A stretch of 64,000 bases of DNA from Candidatus Kaiserbacteria bacterium (GCA_026713605.1 JAPOOC010000007.1:59418-123417), one strand, 5' to 3'; counted from the stretch's first letter, positions 50,453-61,167 are shown. Notes: a model not told the origin generated them from the sequence alone. Numbers and translations: made by a program.

Positions 50453-53149
50453 ATGTCATCGTTCCAGCAATTTACCGCAAAGGCAAAAGAGGCCTTTCGA
50501 ATGGCACAAGAACTCGCCGTTGACAACGGGCATCAGAACATCAGTCCGGTGCATCTATTCACCGCGCTCGTCGGACAAGAGGACGGGATTGTACAGCCAG
50601 TACTACAAAAATTAAACATTGACCCATATGCCCTCTACAACCAGGCAATCGGGCTGTTAGAATCCCGCGCCTCATCATTTGACATAGAGGGGTCGCCAAT
50701 AGTACAGCTCTACCCGACGCCTGAACTGGCAATCGTGCTTGAACACTCAGGAAAAATCGCAAGCGCACTGAAAGAAAAGCACATTTCAACAGAACACCTC
50801 TTCCTCGCGGTACTGGAGAAGCCAGGCATTCTCCGGGGCTTACTAGAGGGATACGGACTACACGCAAAAGAGGTGCACGAGACAATTATGCATCTGCGAA
50901 AAGAAAACAAGCAAGAGACACCCCAGACAAAAGCAAAAAGTTTAGAAAAATACGGACGCAATCTCACACAGCTCGCACGCGAAAACAAGTTGGATCCAGT
51001 CATCGGACGGGATGAAGAGACCGCACGGGTTATCCAAATACTATCCCGCAGAACAAAAAACAACCCCATCCTCATCGGAGAGGCAGGAACCGGAAAGACA
51101 GCGATAGGCGAAGGGCTGGCACAACGCATCATATCCGGTGATGTGCCAGAATCCATGCGCTCCAAAGAACTATACAGCTTAGATGTAGTGTCCATGCTGG
51201 CAGGAACAAAGTTTCGGGGAGAGTTTGAAGACCGCCTGAAAAAGGTGATGAAAGAGGTAGAAGATGCAAAAGATAAATACATTTTATTTGTAGATGAAAT
51301 ACACTCACTGGTCGGCACTGGAAACGCCGAAGGGACTATGGATGCCGCAAACATCCTAAAGCCAGCACTTGCCCGCGGACAAATGCGAATGATTGGCGCA
51401 ACCACCCTGAAAGAGTACCAGCAGCACATTGAGAAAGACGGCGCGCTGACACGACGGTTTCAGCCGGTGTATGTCTCTGAACCCTCCATCGAAGATGCAA
51501 TTTCTATTCTGCGCGGACTACGGGAGCGCTATGAGGTGTATCACGGCGTACGCATCACCGACGCGGCGATTGTTGCGGCGGCACAACTGAGCAGCCGATA
51601 CATCACAGAACGATTTTTACCAGACAAAGCAATTGACTTGGTGGACGAAGCAGCATCGTTAATGCGAGTATCACTGGAGAATAAGCCACCTGAGCTAGAT
51701 GTAGCACACCGCAAAGTTATGCAGCTTGAGATTGAAATGGAAGCAGTAAAGAAGGATTACGAGGCAACAAAAGATGACGACACAAAAAAGCGAATACAGC
51801 AACTAGAGAAAGAAGTGGCAGATGTAAAAGAGCAGAGCAGAGAGCTGGAAGTTCGCTGGAAGAACGAAAAAGAGACCATTGAGCAAATTAAAGAGTTACA
51901 AACCAACCTCGAGCGGAAACGCCACGAAGGGGAAGAGGCAGAAAGCAAGGCAGATTTCACTCGAGCGGCAGAGATTCGATACAAAGATATTCCACTAATT
52001 GAAAGCAAGTTTAAAAAAGCACAAGCGCGCTTAAAGCGACTGCAAAAAAATAGAAAGATACTGCGGGAAGAAGTAACCGAAGAAGACATCGCGCATGTCA
52101 TCGCTCGATGGACAGGCGTGCCAGCAACAAGAATGCTTGAAAGCGAGGCAAAGAAGTTAACCAGAATGGAAGCAGAACTGAAAAAGCAAATTATCGGACA
52201 AGATGAATCCATAGAAAAGATAGCATCAGCGATCAAGCGATCCCGCGCCGGCATCGCAAACCCAAACCGACCAGTCGGCTCATTCCTCTTTCTCGGCCCA
52301 ACCGGCGTAGGAAAGACCGAACTCGCAAAACAACTCGCGCAGTACATGTTTGATGATGAAAAAGCATTGGTACGATTTGACATGTCCGAATACATGGAAC
52401 GACACACCGTGTCAAAGATGATCGGCGCGCCTCCCGGCTATGTCGGCTATGAAGAGGCAGGCAAACTAACCGAAGCAGTCCGCCACCGACCGTATTCAAT
52501 CGTGCTATTTGATGAAATAGAGAAAGCACACCCTGATGTATTCAATGTACTCTTGCAGGTATTGGATGACGGACGACTAACGGACAGCAAAGGGCGAACA
52601 GTAAATTTCAAAAACACCGTCGTCATCCTCACCTCCAATGTCGGCTCTGAAAAATTAATCAATATGAACCAAATCGGATTTGAGGAGGCAGTAAAAAAAT
52701 CTGAAGAGCAATCAAAGCAATATGATGAAGTGCGAAACCGAGTAATGGACACACTACAGAAATCATTCAGACCAGAGTTCCTAAACCGCCTTGACGAAAT
52801 TATCGTCTTCAGACCACTGGACAAAACAAGTGTCAGAAAAGTAGTAACACTCCTGGTAAACGAAGCAATACAACGACTCGCCGAGCGGGAAGTCACCGTC
52901 ACTGTTGACCGTGCGGTCTATGAGAAAATCGGCAAAGAAGGATACCACGCCGAATATGGCGCACGACCCCTCCGCAGAAAAATCCAAACCGACCTACTCA
53001 ACCCACTCGCCAACGCCATCATTGAAGGCAACCTCGGCAAGGGGTCAAGTGTTCATGTGCGTATTGAGAAAGGAGAATACCAATTTGACACCACCAAAAA
53101 ACGCACCAAAAAAACAAAAGCCAAAAAACCAGAAGGAGTTTTGGTATAA
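50453..53149 (+). CDS. clpB: ATP-dependent chaperone ClpB
   Basis: LDPVIGRD, RRTKNNP, GEAGTGKT, long coiled-coil middle domain, GPTGVGKTE, GARPLRR; start at the ATG at 50453. Confidence 0.95.
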   Translation: MSSFQQFTAKAKEAFRMAQELAVDNGHQNISPVHLFTALVGQEDGIVQPVLQKLNIDPYALYNQAIGLLESRASSFDIEGSPIVQLYPTPELAIVLEHSGKIASALKEKHISTEHLFLAVLEKPGILRGLLEGYGLHAKEVHETIMHLRKENKQETPQTKAKSLEKYGRNLTQLARENKLDPVIGRDEETARVIQILSRRTKNNPILIGEAGTGKTAIGEGLAQRIISGDVPESMRSKELYSLDVVSMLAGTKFRGEFEDRLKKVMKEVEDAKDKYILFVDEIHSLVGTGNAEGTMDAANILKPALARGQMRMIGATTLKEYQQHIEKDGALTRRFQPVYVSEPSIEDAISILRGLRERYEVYHGVRITDAAIVAAAQLSSRYITERFLPDKAIDLVDEAASLMRVSLENKPPELDVAHRKVMQLEIEMEAVKKDYEATKDDDTKKRIQQLEKEVADVKEQSRELEVRWKNEKETIEQIKELQTNLERKRHEGEEAESKADFTRAAEIRYKDIPLIESKFKKAQARLKRLQKNRKILREEVTEEDIAHVIARWTGVPATRMLESEAKKLTRMEAELKKQIIGQDESIEKIASAIKRSRAGIANPNRPVGSFLFLGPTGVGKTELAKQLAQYMFDDEKALVRFDMSEYMERHTVSKMIGAPPGYVGYEEAGKLTEAVRHRPYSIVLFDEIEKAHPDVFNVLLQVLDDGRLTDSKGRTVNFKNTVVILTSNVGSEKLINMNQIGFEEAVKKSEEQSKQYDEVRNRVMDTLQKSFRPEFLNRLDEIIVFRPLDKTSVRKVVTLLVNEAIQRLAEREVTVTVDRAVYEKIGKEGYHAEYGARPLRRKIQTDLLNPLANAIIEGNLGKGSSVHVRIEKGEYQFDTTKKRTKKTKAKKPEGVLV

Positions 53150-53156
53150 CCCACAC

Positions 53157-53392
53157 AACCTCCATGGGATTACTCCCGCTGGTTCCTAAGACCAGTGCGT
53201 CTACCCGCGCCGGCAATCTCTGATTGACGCTGACTATCAGTCGCCGCCTGTGGCGGAATTGCTTGTGCCGAGGAGAGGGCTTGAACCTCCATGGGATTAC
53301 TCCCGCTGGTTCCTAAAACCAGTGCGTCTACCCGTGCCGGCAATCTCTGATTGACGCTGACTATCAGTCGCCACCTGTGGCGGAATTGCTTG
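53157..53392 (-). repeat. Tandem array (127-bp period) of tRNA-Leu(TAG) 3' portion plus a structured linker
   Basis: aacctccatggg recurs at 53157, 53284 and 53411; distal copy is truncated in the T-arm. Confidence 0.92.
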
Positions 53393-53478
<86 letters not shown>

Positions 53479-53479
53479 G

Positions 53480-53552
53480 TCCGCCCGCTAGGACTCGAAC
53501 CTAGGACCCACCGGTTAAGAGCCGGTTGCTCTACCAACTGAGCTACGGGCGG
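53480..53552 (-). tRNA. tRNA-Lys(CTT)
   Basis: CCGCCCG..CGGGCGG-A, anticodon arm ACCGG-CTCTTAA-CCGGT. Confidence 0.95.
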
Positions 53553-53630
53553 AGGGAATCTTTTTCATTCTTGTGAATGATGTCTCCAGTATGCCACAAA
53601 ACCAATGTAAAATTGCTATACTACACTATA

Positions 53631-53711
53631 GCCGGAGTGGCGGAACTGGTATACGCGCACGACTTAAAATCGTGTACCTCTGGTATGCGGGTTCGACTCC
53701 CGCCTCCGGCA
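53631..53711 (+). tRNA. tRNA-Leu(TAA)
   Basis: GCCGGAG..CTCCGGC-A, anticodon arm CACGA-CTTAAAA-TCGTG; TATACT upstream. Confidence 0.95.
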
Positions 53712-53962
53712 CTTGTTAGTTCCGCCACCCGTGGCGTCTAGTATTCTGCACCAATCAGAGATTGGTGGCACGGGTATACGCGCACGACTTAAAATCGTGT
53801 ACCTCTGGTATGCGGGTTCGACCCCCGCCTCCGGCACTTGTTAGTTCCGCCACCCGTGGCGTCTAGTATTCTGCACCAATCAGAGATTGGTGGCACGGGT
53901 ATACGCGCACGACTTAAAATCGTGTACCTCTGGTATGCGGGTTCGACTCCCGCCTTCGGCAC
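53712..53962 (+). repeat. Tandem array (125-bp period) of a structured linker plus tRNA-Leu(TAA) 3' portion
   Basis: ggtatacgcgcac recurs at 53648, 53773 and 53898; the two linkers are identical. Confidence 0.92.
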
Positions 53963-54125
53963 AGCAAAAAACACCACACCCCCACAAAATTACTTCATTA
54001 ACAGCATCGTTTTCCCACCACCACCCTTTTCTCCATCCCACACTTCGCAAGGTAACAAAGCGGGGGATCACCACCTGTCCTCACTAGAACTTAGGTATAA
54101 TTTTCAATGTTATACTTTAAATATC

Positions 54126-55364
54126 ATGTCAGTTACTCAAGTGGGTGTAAAAACAGATGGTCAGAGATTCCTCTTTGGCGATGTTTATCCTGATCTAAGT
54201 GTGAAACCAAAAAATATTGAAACAGAAGGTATAAAATATATTGGTTCAAAAAAAGAGATACTTCCTAAAATTTTGCTAATACTTGCATTATTAAGAAAGC
54301 AAACCAGCATCAAAACTATTTTAGACGGCTTTTCTGGTTCAACGAGAGTCACGCAAATGCTAGCAAAAAGTGGTTTTGATGTACTATCAAACGATACTGC
54401 CATTTACTCAAGAATCTTTGCAGAATGTTATTTAATGACAAAGAAAAATAAAGAATATTATGCCAAGAAAATTGAAAAGTTAAATGTTTTAGAAGGTAAG
54501 AGCGGCTGGTTTTCAAAACATTACGGAGGAACTGATAATGACGGGTTGTCAGTGGGGGATGATGGAAAGAAAAAGATGTGGCAATTACATAATACAAAAA
54601 AGCTTGATGCAGTACTAGAAGCCATACATGCAGAACAAGATGAGCAGGATAAAAATGTACTCCTCACCTCCCTAATTTTAGGACTTGATAAGGTTGACAG
54701 CTCTCTCGGGCATCAAGTTTCGTATCTTAAAGAGTGGGCAAAGAGGTCTTATAATGAGTTAGCGTTAAAAGTTCCCAATTATTTTATCAACAGCGGGAAT
54801 CATGCGGTTTATAATAAAGACATTTTTGAATTAATTAATGAAATTGACGTTGATGTGGCGTATTATGATCCGCCCTACTGTTCAAATAATGAAAAAATGC
54901 CAGCATCGCGTGTCAGATATAATTCTTATTACCATATATGGACATCAATTTGTTTAAATGATATTCCAGAAGTTTTTGGCGCATGTAACCGAAGATTAGA
55001 TACCAGTGATAAAACGGCGATATCAGTATTTGAAGAATTTAGAAAAGATACAGAAACAGATGATTATATCACCACCTTGAAAATAAAGGAATTGATACAA
55101 AAAACTAGTGCAAAGTTTATTATATTCTCATATTCAAGCAGTGGTCGTACAGATAAAAAAAGTTTTAAAAGAATATTAAATGAGTTGGGATTAAATTTTT
55201 TATTCTATGAATTTAATTACAAAAAAAATATTATGCACGCCTTAAAGTCCACCAATGAATGGGTAAATGAGCAGGGGAATAGGGAATACTTGATTGTCAT
55301 AGATAAATATGGAGTGCTTGACTTGGAAAAAGTAGAAAAAGGATTAACATCCACACCTCTTTAA
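54126..55364 (+). CDS. DNA adenine methyltransferase (D12/Dam-like class)
   Basis: KYIGSK, LDGFSGS, YYDPPY; low GC; start placed at the ATG at 54126. Confidence 0.9.
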   Translation: MSVTQVGVKTDGQRFLFGDVYPDLSVKPKNIETEGIKYIGSKKEILPKILLILALLRKQTSIKTILDGFSGSTRVTQMLAKSGFDVLSNDTAIYSRIFAECYLMTKKNKEYYAKKIEKLNVLEGKSGWFSKHYGGTDNDGLSVGDDGKKKMWQLHNTKKLDAVLEAIHAEQDEQDKNVLLTSLILGLDKVDSSLGHQVSYLKEWAKRSYNELALKVPNYFINSGNHAVYNKDIFELINEIDVDVAYYDPPYCSNNEKMPASRVRYNSYYHIWTSICLNDIPEVFGACNRRLDTSDKTAISVFEEFRKDTETDDYITTLKIKELIQKTSAKFIIFSYSSSGRTDKKSFKRILNELGLNFLFYEFNYKKNIMHALKSTNEWVNEQGNREYLIVIDKYGVLDLEKVEKGLTSTPL

Positions 55365-56129
55365 AAACCTTTTTAATTCTGACTCACCAAAAAGAGATAG
55401 TTCTTTTATGGCCAATAAAAATTTTTGGTTCACCTCATACTCTCCTTCAAAGAGTACATCCAAAATATCTTTCGCTTTATGTGTTTTTGTCCAGATACCT
55501 CTTTGTAATGCATTTGCTGTAGTTCCACCATATCTTGCTTCAAATATATAATTTCCTTTTGCATCCAAAAATTCATATATCGGATGCTTCCTTCTTCCGT
55601 TGGGATTAACTTTTTTAATTTTGCTCAACTTTCTTAACGCCGCATCCGTGTCAATAACGCACACCCTAAACCTGTTTTCCTTTTGATTATATAGAAAACA
55701 TAAAACATGTATGGCAAGAAGTTCCTTCAAAATAGGCAGAACAGATTTTTTATCCACCCGTTTCTTTTCCGCAGAAAGTTTTGATAATTTGTTAAACAAC
55801 CTATTTTCTTTATCCGTTCTTATCTGCAACGGACCATTGTCACCATAATTTTTAAGCGACAGGAAAAACTTCTTGCCAGACCTCTTCTCTTGTATCTCCA
55901 AATCCTCTTCACTTTCTTTTGCTCTGAATTTCTCTTTTCCTATATGTGTTGAATTAAATTTTGTTAAATATTTATTTATGTAATGGTCAAACAAAACTTC
56001 AGCCATGTCGCCGTGTGTCTTATTACCAAACTCCCTGAAAGAAAATATATTGTTAAAAAATGTATCACTTTTTGGATTTTCTCTGAAGTTTTTCTTTAAT
56101 TCTGTAAAAAAATTCATAAAATAAACCAC
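55344..56129 (-). CDS. Putative type II restriction endonuclease
   Basis: Low GC, convergent with and overlapping the MTase; E..D..SLK pattern resembles PD-(D/E)xK. Confidence 0.6.
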   Translation of the reverse strand: MVYFMNFFTELKKNFRENPKSDTFFNNIFSFREFGNKTHGDMAEVLFDHYINKYLTKFNSTHIGKEKFRAKESEEDLEIQEKRSGKKFFLSLKNYGDNGPLQIRTDKENRLFNKLSKLSAEKKRVDKKSVLPILKELLAIHVLCFLYNQKENRFRVCVIDTDAALRKLSKIKKVNPNGRRKHPIYEFLDAKGNYIFEARYGGTTANALQRGIWTKTHKAKDILDVLFEGEYEVNQKFLLAIKELSLFGESELKRFLKRCGC

Positions 56130-56142
56130 TTACCCTACAAGG

Positions 56143-56225
56143 TGCGCCGGGCAGGATTCGAACCTGCGGAGCCTTTCGGCGATGGGTTTACAGCCCATTG
56201 CAATTGACCACTCTGCCACCGACGC
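56143..56225 (-). tRNA. tRNA-Tyr(GTA)
   Basis: GCGTCGG..CCGGCGC-A, anticodon arm ATGGG-CTGTAAA-CCCAT, variable arm GCCGAAAGGC. Confidence 0.95.
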
Positions 56226-56285
56226 GATACGGTAAGTATAGCACTTTTTTGAAAAGTGAATGGGGAATGTGGTATACTGAAGTAT

Positions 56286-56441
56286 ATGTCACAAGATAAC
56301 CTTATCAGGATGAAGTGCGAAGAAACAGGGGATATCGGGTATGTTACCCGCAAAAACAAGAAGCAAAATCCAGACCCAATAGAATTAATGAAATACAACC
56401 CAAAACTTCGCAAGCATACCAAGTACAAGGAGGCCAAATAA
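56286..56441 (+). CDS. rpmG: 50S ribosomal protein L33
   Basis: IRMKCEETG..YVTRKNKK..IELMKYNPKLRKHTKYKEAK. Confidence 0.93.
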   Translation: MSQDNLIRMKCEETGDIGYVTRKNKKQNPDPIELMKYNPKLRKHTKYKEAK

Positions 56442-56490
56442 CGCGCAAAATACCGCAAAAATGAGGGGTGTGTGGTGTATACTGGCAAAG

Positions 56491-57210
56491 ATGGCAGGAA
56501 CAGTATATGTAGTCGGAACACCAATTGGAAATCTGGGAGATATGACAACGCGGGGGGTGGAGACACTGCAAAAAGTAGATACTATATTTTGTGAAGACAC
56601 CCGCGTAACAAAAAAATTATTAGCACGCTACAAGATTGACACATCGTGTGTGTCATACCACTCGTTTAGCGGATTTGGGAAAATCGCGCAGGCAATCAAA
56701 TTGTTACAGCAAGAAAAAGATATCGCACTTGTCTCTGATGCCGGCACACCGACCATCTCAGATCCGGGGGTAAAGCTTGTTCGACACATTCGTGAGAAGC
56801 TGGGTGAAGCAACAGACATTCGCACCGTACCCGGCGCGTCAGCGGTCACCGCCGCACTGTCTATTTCCGGCGCACCAAGCTCATCATTTTTGTTCTTGGG
56901 ATTTCTCCCGCGCAAAAAAGGACGCAAAACACTTTTTAAAGAAATTGCCGAAGAAAAACGAACAGTCGTATGCTACGAAGCGCCGCACCGACTACTCAAA
57001 ACCCTCACCGCACTACAGGAGTCCCTAGACCCCACCCGAGAAGTCATCGTCGCCCGGGAGATGACGAAAGTATACGAACAGGTTATCACCGGAACAGCAG
57101 CAGAAGTGTTGGCGCACTACACAACACACTCAGACGAGGTACGCGGCGAGGTCGTAATCATTATTTCTGGCTTACACAGGACGCAAAGTGTGCAAAAGTT
57201 TCGCAGGTGA
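56491..57210 (+). CDS. rsmI: 16S rRNA (C1402-2'-O)-methyltransferase RsmI
   Basis: VVGTPIGNLGD, CEDTR, VSDAGTPTISDPG, YEAPHR, AREMTK. Confidence 0.96.
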   Translation: MAGTVYVVGTPIGNLGDMTTRGVETLQKVDTIFCEDTRVTKKLLARYKIDTSCVSYHSFSGFGKIAQAIKLLQQEKDIALVSDAGTPTISDPGVKLVRHIREKLGEATDIRTVPGASAVTAALSISGAPSSSFLFLGFLPRKKGRKTLFKEIAEEKRTVVCYEAPHRLLKTLTALQESLDPTREVIVAREMTKVYEQVITGTAAEVLAHYTTHSDEVRGEVVIIISGLHRTQSVQKFRR

Positions 57211-57237
57211 TGGTATCGCGGGCGATACTACTACCAT

Positions 57238-58209
57238 ATGAACAAAAGGAAGAGAGGCGGAAGGAGGGAAAGAGGCACCACCACCGCTCTCCGCATGCCA
57301 AATAGCGAGCGAAGGGTTCCAGTTGAAAACCCAGACAGGAACAAAAAGCAAAAGGAGGAGAAGCAGGATACCACCCGCAAGCAAGAGGAGTTAGGAGCAG
57401 AGGTATTTTTTGAAAAGCATGGGAGCAAAATATACATAAAGCCGCAAGGTTTTTTCAGGATACGAGAAAAGTGGGATGCTGCCCGCAAGGAATATGCAAA
57501 GGGAGGCAGGGAAGTGGAGCACCTCCTAAAGCAGTTTCCCAAGTGGGTAAGGAATATTCACAACCTCCCCGAAACGCTCAAGCCACTCATACAGAATGAA
57601 GAGAGCGACCATGAGGATTTTCTATACTTCCTGCAAAAACAAGGATTTATCAATCCCGAAAATATAGAGCAGTTTCTTGAGAAAGAGAGCGAGGAGGCAA
57701 AGCAGGAAGCATGCATAGAAAAAGAGTTGCAGGAAATGGAAAGAAAAAGGGCTGAGGAAGAAGAGAAGAAAGAGCGGGCGGAGATGCTGAAAAGAAAAAT
57801 TTTGGAAGAATTAACGGAAACATACTTTGTGCAACCAAAAGAAGTATATATAACCGAACACCCACCATACGCAAGCCCAAACATTGTTCGGATCGACAGG
57901 GATAAGTGGGGAAAAGAGATGCCTGAGTGGGGGAGGATACAGGACATCGCAACAACCACCAGATCTATATACACAGAAGCGGTCATTGTGGGGGATGCCG
58001 TGCATATCATGGACATCAACCAGTACGGCACAGGACTAGACGCAATAGATGCCTTCGCTGCCGACCATGAGGGAGGCAAGTTTGTCACTTTGCATTTCTA
58101 CGAAAAAGGGGAGACAGTACGAGAGACCCGTACCGCCACAAGATTCAAAGAAACGCACTCCTCTTTAATCATTCACGACCCAGAAGCACACATCAGTGGT
58201 AAGGAATGA
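57238..58209 (+). CDS. Hypothetical charged protein
   Basis: 323-aa ORF, Glu/Lys-rich coiled coil, no recognised motif. Confidence 0.65.
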   Translation: MNKRKRGGRRERGTTTALRMPNSERRVPVENPDRNKKQKEEKQDTTRKQEELGAEVFFEKHGSKIYIKPQGFFRIREKWDAARKEYAKGGREVEHLLKQFPKWVRNIHNLPETLKPLIQNEESDHEDFLYFLQKQGFINPENIEQFLEKESEEAKQEACIEKELQEMERKRAEEEEKKERAEMLKRKILEELTETYFVQPKEVYITEHPPYASPNIVRIDRDKWGKEMPEWGRIQDIATTTRSIYTEAVIVGDAVHIMDINQYGTGLDAIDAFAADHEGGKFVTLHFYEKGETVRETRTATRFKETHSSLIIHDPEAHISGKE

Positions 58210-58243
58210 GGAATACAAAATGATTACGGTATACTAAACTTGT

Positions 58244-58441
58244 ATGATACATCGCCTCATATTCATCACAAGCGTTTTATTACTATCATTTCCATTCGTG
58301 GGAGTGCCGGGGGAATGGAAGGTGTGGGTGGCATTCGGAATAGGAACGCTCTTTTTCATATACTCCATTTACAGCGCGACACAGCATATCTCCGAAAAGG
58401 AGGTAGAGAGTAACACAGAAACAAGCACTGAAAAAAAATAA
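58244..58441 (+). CDS. Small two-TM membrane protein
   Basis: LSFPFVGVPGEWK flanked by hydrophobic helices; TATACT 8 nt before the ATG. Confidence 0.7.
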   Translation: MIHRLIFITSVLLLSFPFVGVPGEWKVWVAFGIGTLFFIYSIYSATQHISEKEVESNTETSTEKK

Positions 58442-58447
58442 TAACAT

Positions 58448-61090
58448 ATGGCATACGATCCTGAAAGAATAGTAAATATAGGGGAATTAGAGAAGCGGGG
58501 AAAGACCGTGTGCTTCGGCATCAAGGAAAAAGATCGGTCACGCCACATCTATGTCATCGGGCAAACAGGTACCGGTAAATCAACACTGCTGGAGATGCTA
58601 GCAATGCAAGACATTCGTAACGGCACGGGACTGATTTTTATGGATCCGCACGGACAATCAGTTGAAGCACTGCTGAACTATGTAACCCATGAACATATGG
58701 ACAAAATTATTTACTTCGCGCCACAGCATCAGGAGAAACCAATCGGGCTGAATATCATGGAAGACATCGGGTACGACAAGCGACACCTGGTAGTAAGCAG
58801 TTTGATGGCATCGTTTGAAAAAATTTGGGGAGCAGGCACATGGTCAGACCGAATGGCGTATATTCTGCAGAACACCCTACTTGCGCTGATTGAGTACCCG
58901 GACACAACATTGCTTGATGTGGGACGGATGTACTCCAGCAAAGATTTTCGTGAAAAGGTGGTCGCCAACCTAAAAGACCCGCAGGTACGAAAATACTGGG
59001 TTGAGGAATTCGCAAACTATACAGAGCGGTACGCACAGGAAGCAACGCCCTCCATTCAGAACAAACTCGGGCAATTCACCTCCAATCCACTGATGCGAAA
59101 TATTATCGGGCAAAAAGAATCAGCATTTAATTTTCGGGAACTGATGGACGAGGGGAAGATACTGCTGGTGAACTTATCAAAAGGACAGATTGGTGAAAAT
59201 AACGCGCGCATGCTCGGTGTGCTGTTTACAACAAAGATCTATCTGGCGGCACTGTCAAGAAGTGATATGACGAAAGCAGAGCTGGAGGCAGCAAATCCCT
59301 GCAACTTCTTTGTTGACGAGTTTCAATCATTCGCAAACTCATCCTTTTCCGACATTCTTTCCGAGGCGCGAAAGTATAAGTTGAACCTCATAATGGCACA
59401 CCAATATCTAGGACAACTCTATTCTGACGATTCCGGGAGCGGTGACGCGATTCGGGATGCGGTATTCGGCAATGTGGGAACCTTTGTGTCTTTCCGAGTC
59501 GGTCCAGTTGATGCGGAGATTATTGCAAAACAGTTTGCGCCAGATATCATGGAGGAAGATTTGGTCGCATTGCCGAGATACCACATATATCTCACGCTGA
59601 ATATTGATGGCGCAGGGTCCATGCCGTTCTCCGCAAGAACTTTTTATGAACCAGCACCAGAAAATGAGTCACTGGAGCAAGAAGTAATACAGCGGACGAT
59701 GGACACCTACGGCGTGGATCGGGAGATAGTAGAAAAGTTGGTTGAAGACAACCTTGCAGAAGATGCTCGCGCGAGCGAAGCGGAAAAGAAAGGCGGGCAA
59801 AAAGGAGGGAAGCAGCAAGGGTGGGGGAAGAAGTCAGGAGGAGGAGGCAACGCAAAAGGCGGGCAGAAGCAACAGGGCGGGCAGAAAGGAGAGGAAAATC
59901 ACATGCCACTAAAAGGACTACTGCAACAAGCGATACAGCAACAAGGGACAGCAAAACCAAAAAAACAGATTGAGCGAAGTACGGAAAACAAAAAAGTTAC
60001 AGAAAGGCAGAAAGCCATGCCAGTCAGCATGCTCAAAACAGAGGGTGAGAGCAAAGAAGTAGGGCAGGAAAAAGGCGAAGAGCAGGATGAAAAACAAAAG
60101 AAGCCACTACTCGGAAAACTGTTCACCCGCAAAAGTGCGACACAGGAGGAAACAGGAGAAAAGACAGACAGAGATACAGCACCGCCAGCGGCAAGAGAGC
60201 AACAACCACCAGTAAAACAAGTACAAACAAAAACACCTCCTCAAAGACCAGAGCAAGAGAGGGACAAGCAAGGCGCAGAACACCGACAGCAAAGACAAAA
60301 ACCAAACAGAGAACAAGACCCTAAGCCGCCAGCAAGAGACGAGCCACAGATGCGCAATCCGAAATCACAGAAACCAGTCCGCAGAGGGCAGGGCAGGCAG
60401 GAAGAACAAGCGCCAAAAGAAATCACCCAAAAACACACGCAAAACAACAACACCGAAAGACCACGAAGACCAAGAGCCAGGCGCACTGACCAAAGAGAAA
60501 AAACCACCACGCGTCACGCCAAGCAACAAGAGAGGTCGCACGAACTACAACAGAAGAGCAGAGAGGTCGCCAGAGGGGAAAAAAATAGCCCACAAGGCCA
60601 AAAAAAGCAACACGAAAGAAGAAGGAGGAGTGGAGAAAAAAATACAAAACAGCAAAACACCCCACAAAAATCAACCATACCGGCAACAAGGCAGAAAAAA
60701 AACAAATCTGCAAAGATACACGAAAAAAGCGACACACCAAACCGTCAGGAAAAGAGCAGAGAACACGCACCACAGCAACGGGCAGAAAAACAGCCACAGC
60801 CAGCCAGCCAGGCGCAACGACTACCATCTGGCGTACTGACCGGCACGGTATCACGAAGCATGGCGACACAGCAAAACGCAGAAAATAAGCAACAAGAAAC
60901 ACCGCAACAGCAGAACAGACCACAGCCAATCAACACGAATGGCGGGCTGGGTGACCTCGTGAAATCAGCAAAAGCAAGCGGACTACGAAAAGACCTCAAG
61001 GTCGCTCCAAAAAAAGAAAAACAAGCACCACCAGTTAGCTACGAAGAGGGCTGGGTCGCCATCGGCGACCTCAGTAAAGTTCCCGAATAA
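58448..61090 (+). CDS. VirD4/TraG-like coupling ATPase with a long low-complexity C-terminal tail
   Basis: DRSRHIYVIGQTGTGKST, DPHG, LVNLSKG, VDEFQ, EARKY, HQYLGQ, VFGNVGT. Confidence 0.85.
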   Translation: MAYDPERIVNIGELEKRGKTVCFGIKEKDRSRHIYVIGQTGTGKSTLLEMLAMQDIRNGTGLIFMDPHGQSVEALLNYVTHEHMDKIIYFAPQHQEKPIGLNIMEDIGYDKRHLVVSSLMASFEKIWGAGTWSDRMAYILQNTLLALIEYPDTTLLDVGRMYSSKDFREKVVANLKDPQVRKYWVEEFANYTERYAQEATPSIQNKLGQFTSNPLMRNIIGQKESAFNFRELMDEGKILLVNLSKGQIGENNARMLGVLFTTKIYLAALSRSDMTKAELEAANPCNFFVDEFQSFANSSFSDILSEARKYKLNLIMAHQYLGQLYSDDSGSGDAIRDAVFGNVGTFVSFRVGPVDAEIIAKQFAPDIMEEDLVALPRYHIYLTLNIDGAGSMPFSARTFYEPAPENESLEQEVIQRTMDTYGVDREIVEKLVEDNLAEDARASEAEKKGGQKGGKQQGWGKKSGGGGNAKGGQKQQGGQKGEENHMPLKGLLQQAIQQQGTAKPKKQIERSTENKKVTERQKAMPVSMLKTEGESKEVGQEKGEEQDEKQKKPLLGKLFTRKSATQEETGEKTDRDTAPPAAREQQPPVKQVQTKTPPQRPEQERDKQGAEHRQQRQKPNREQDPKPPARDEPQMRNPKSQKPVRRGQGRQEEQAPKEITQKHTQNNNTERPRRPRARRTDQREKTTTRHAKQQERSHELQQKSREVARGEKNSPQGQKKQHERRRRSGEKNTKQQNTPQKSTIPATRQKKNKSAKIHEKSDTPNRQEKSREHAPQQRAEKQPQPASQAQRLPSGVLTGTVSRSMATQQNAENKQQETPQQQNRPQPINTNGGLGDLVKSAKASGLRKDLKVAPKKEKQAPPVSYEEGWVAIGDLSKVPE

Positions 61091-61167
61091 CACCCACCAC
61101 AAGCATCTTCAGCAATCTCTGCTGCATGGTATACTAACAAAAGAGCAAAAAGAGAAATCAAGATGTT

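Noticed and set aside
53712-53962. Additional functional tRNA-Leu genes or circularly permuted tRNAs
   Set aside because: The repeat units lack a 5' acceptor strand (GCCGGAG) able to pair fully with the 3' strand, either before or after the fragment.
53838-54125. N-terminal 96 aa of the 508-aa ORF
   Set aside because: It runs through the tRNA repeat; the methyltransferase more plausibly starts at the ATG at 54126, just after TATACT.
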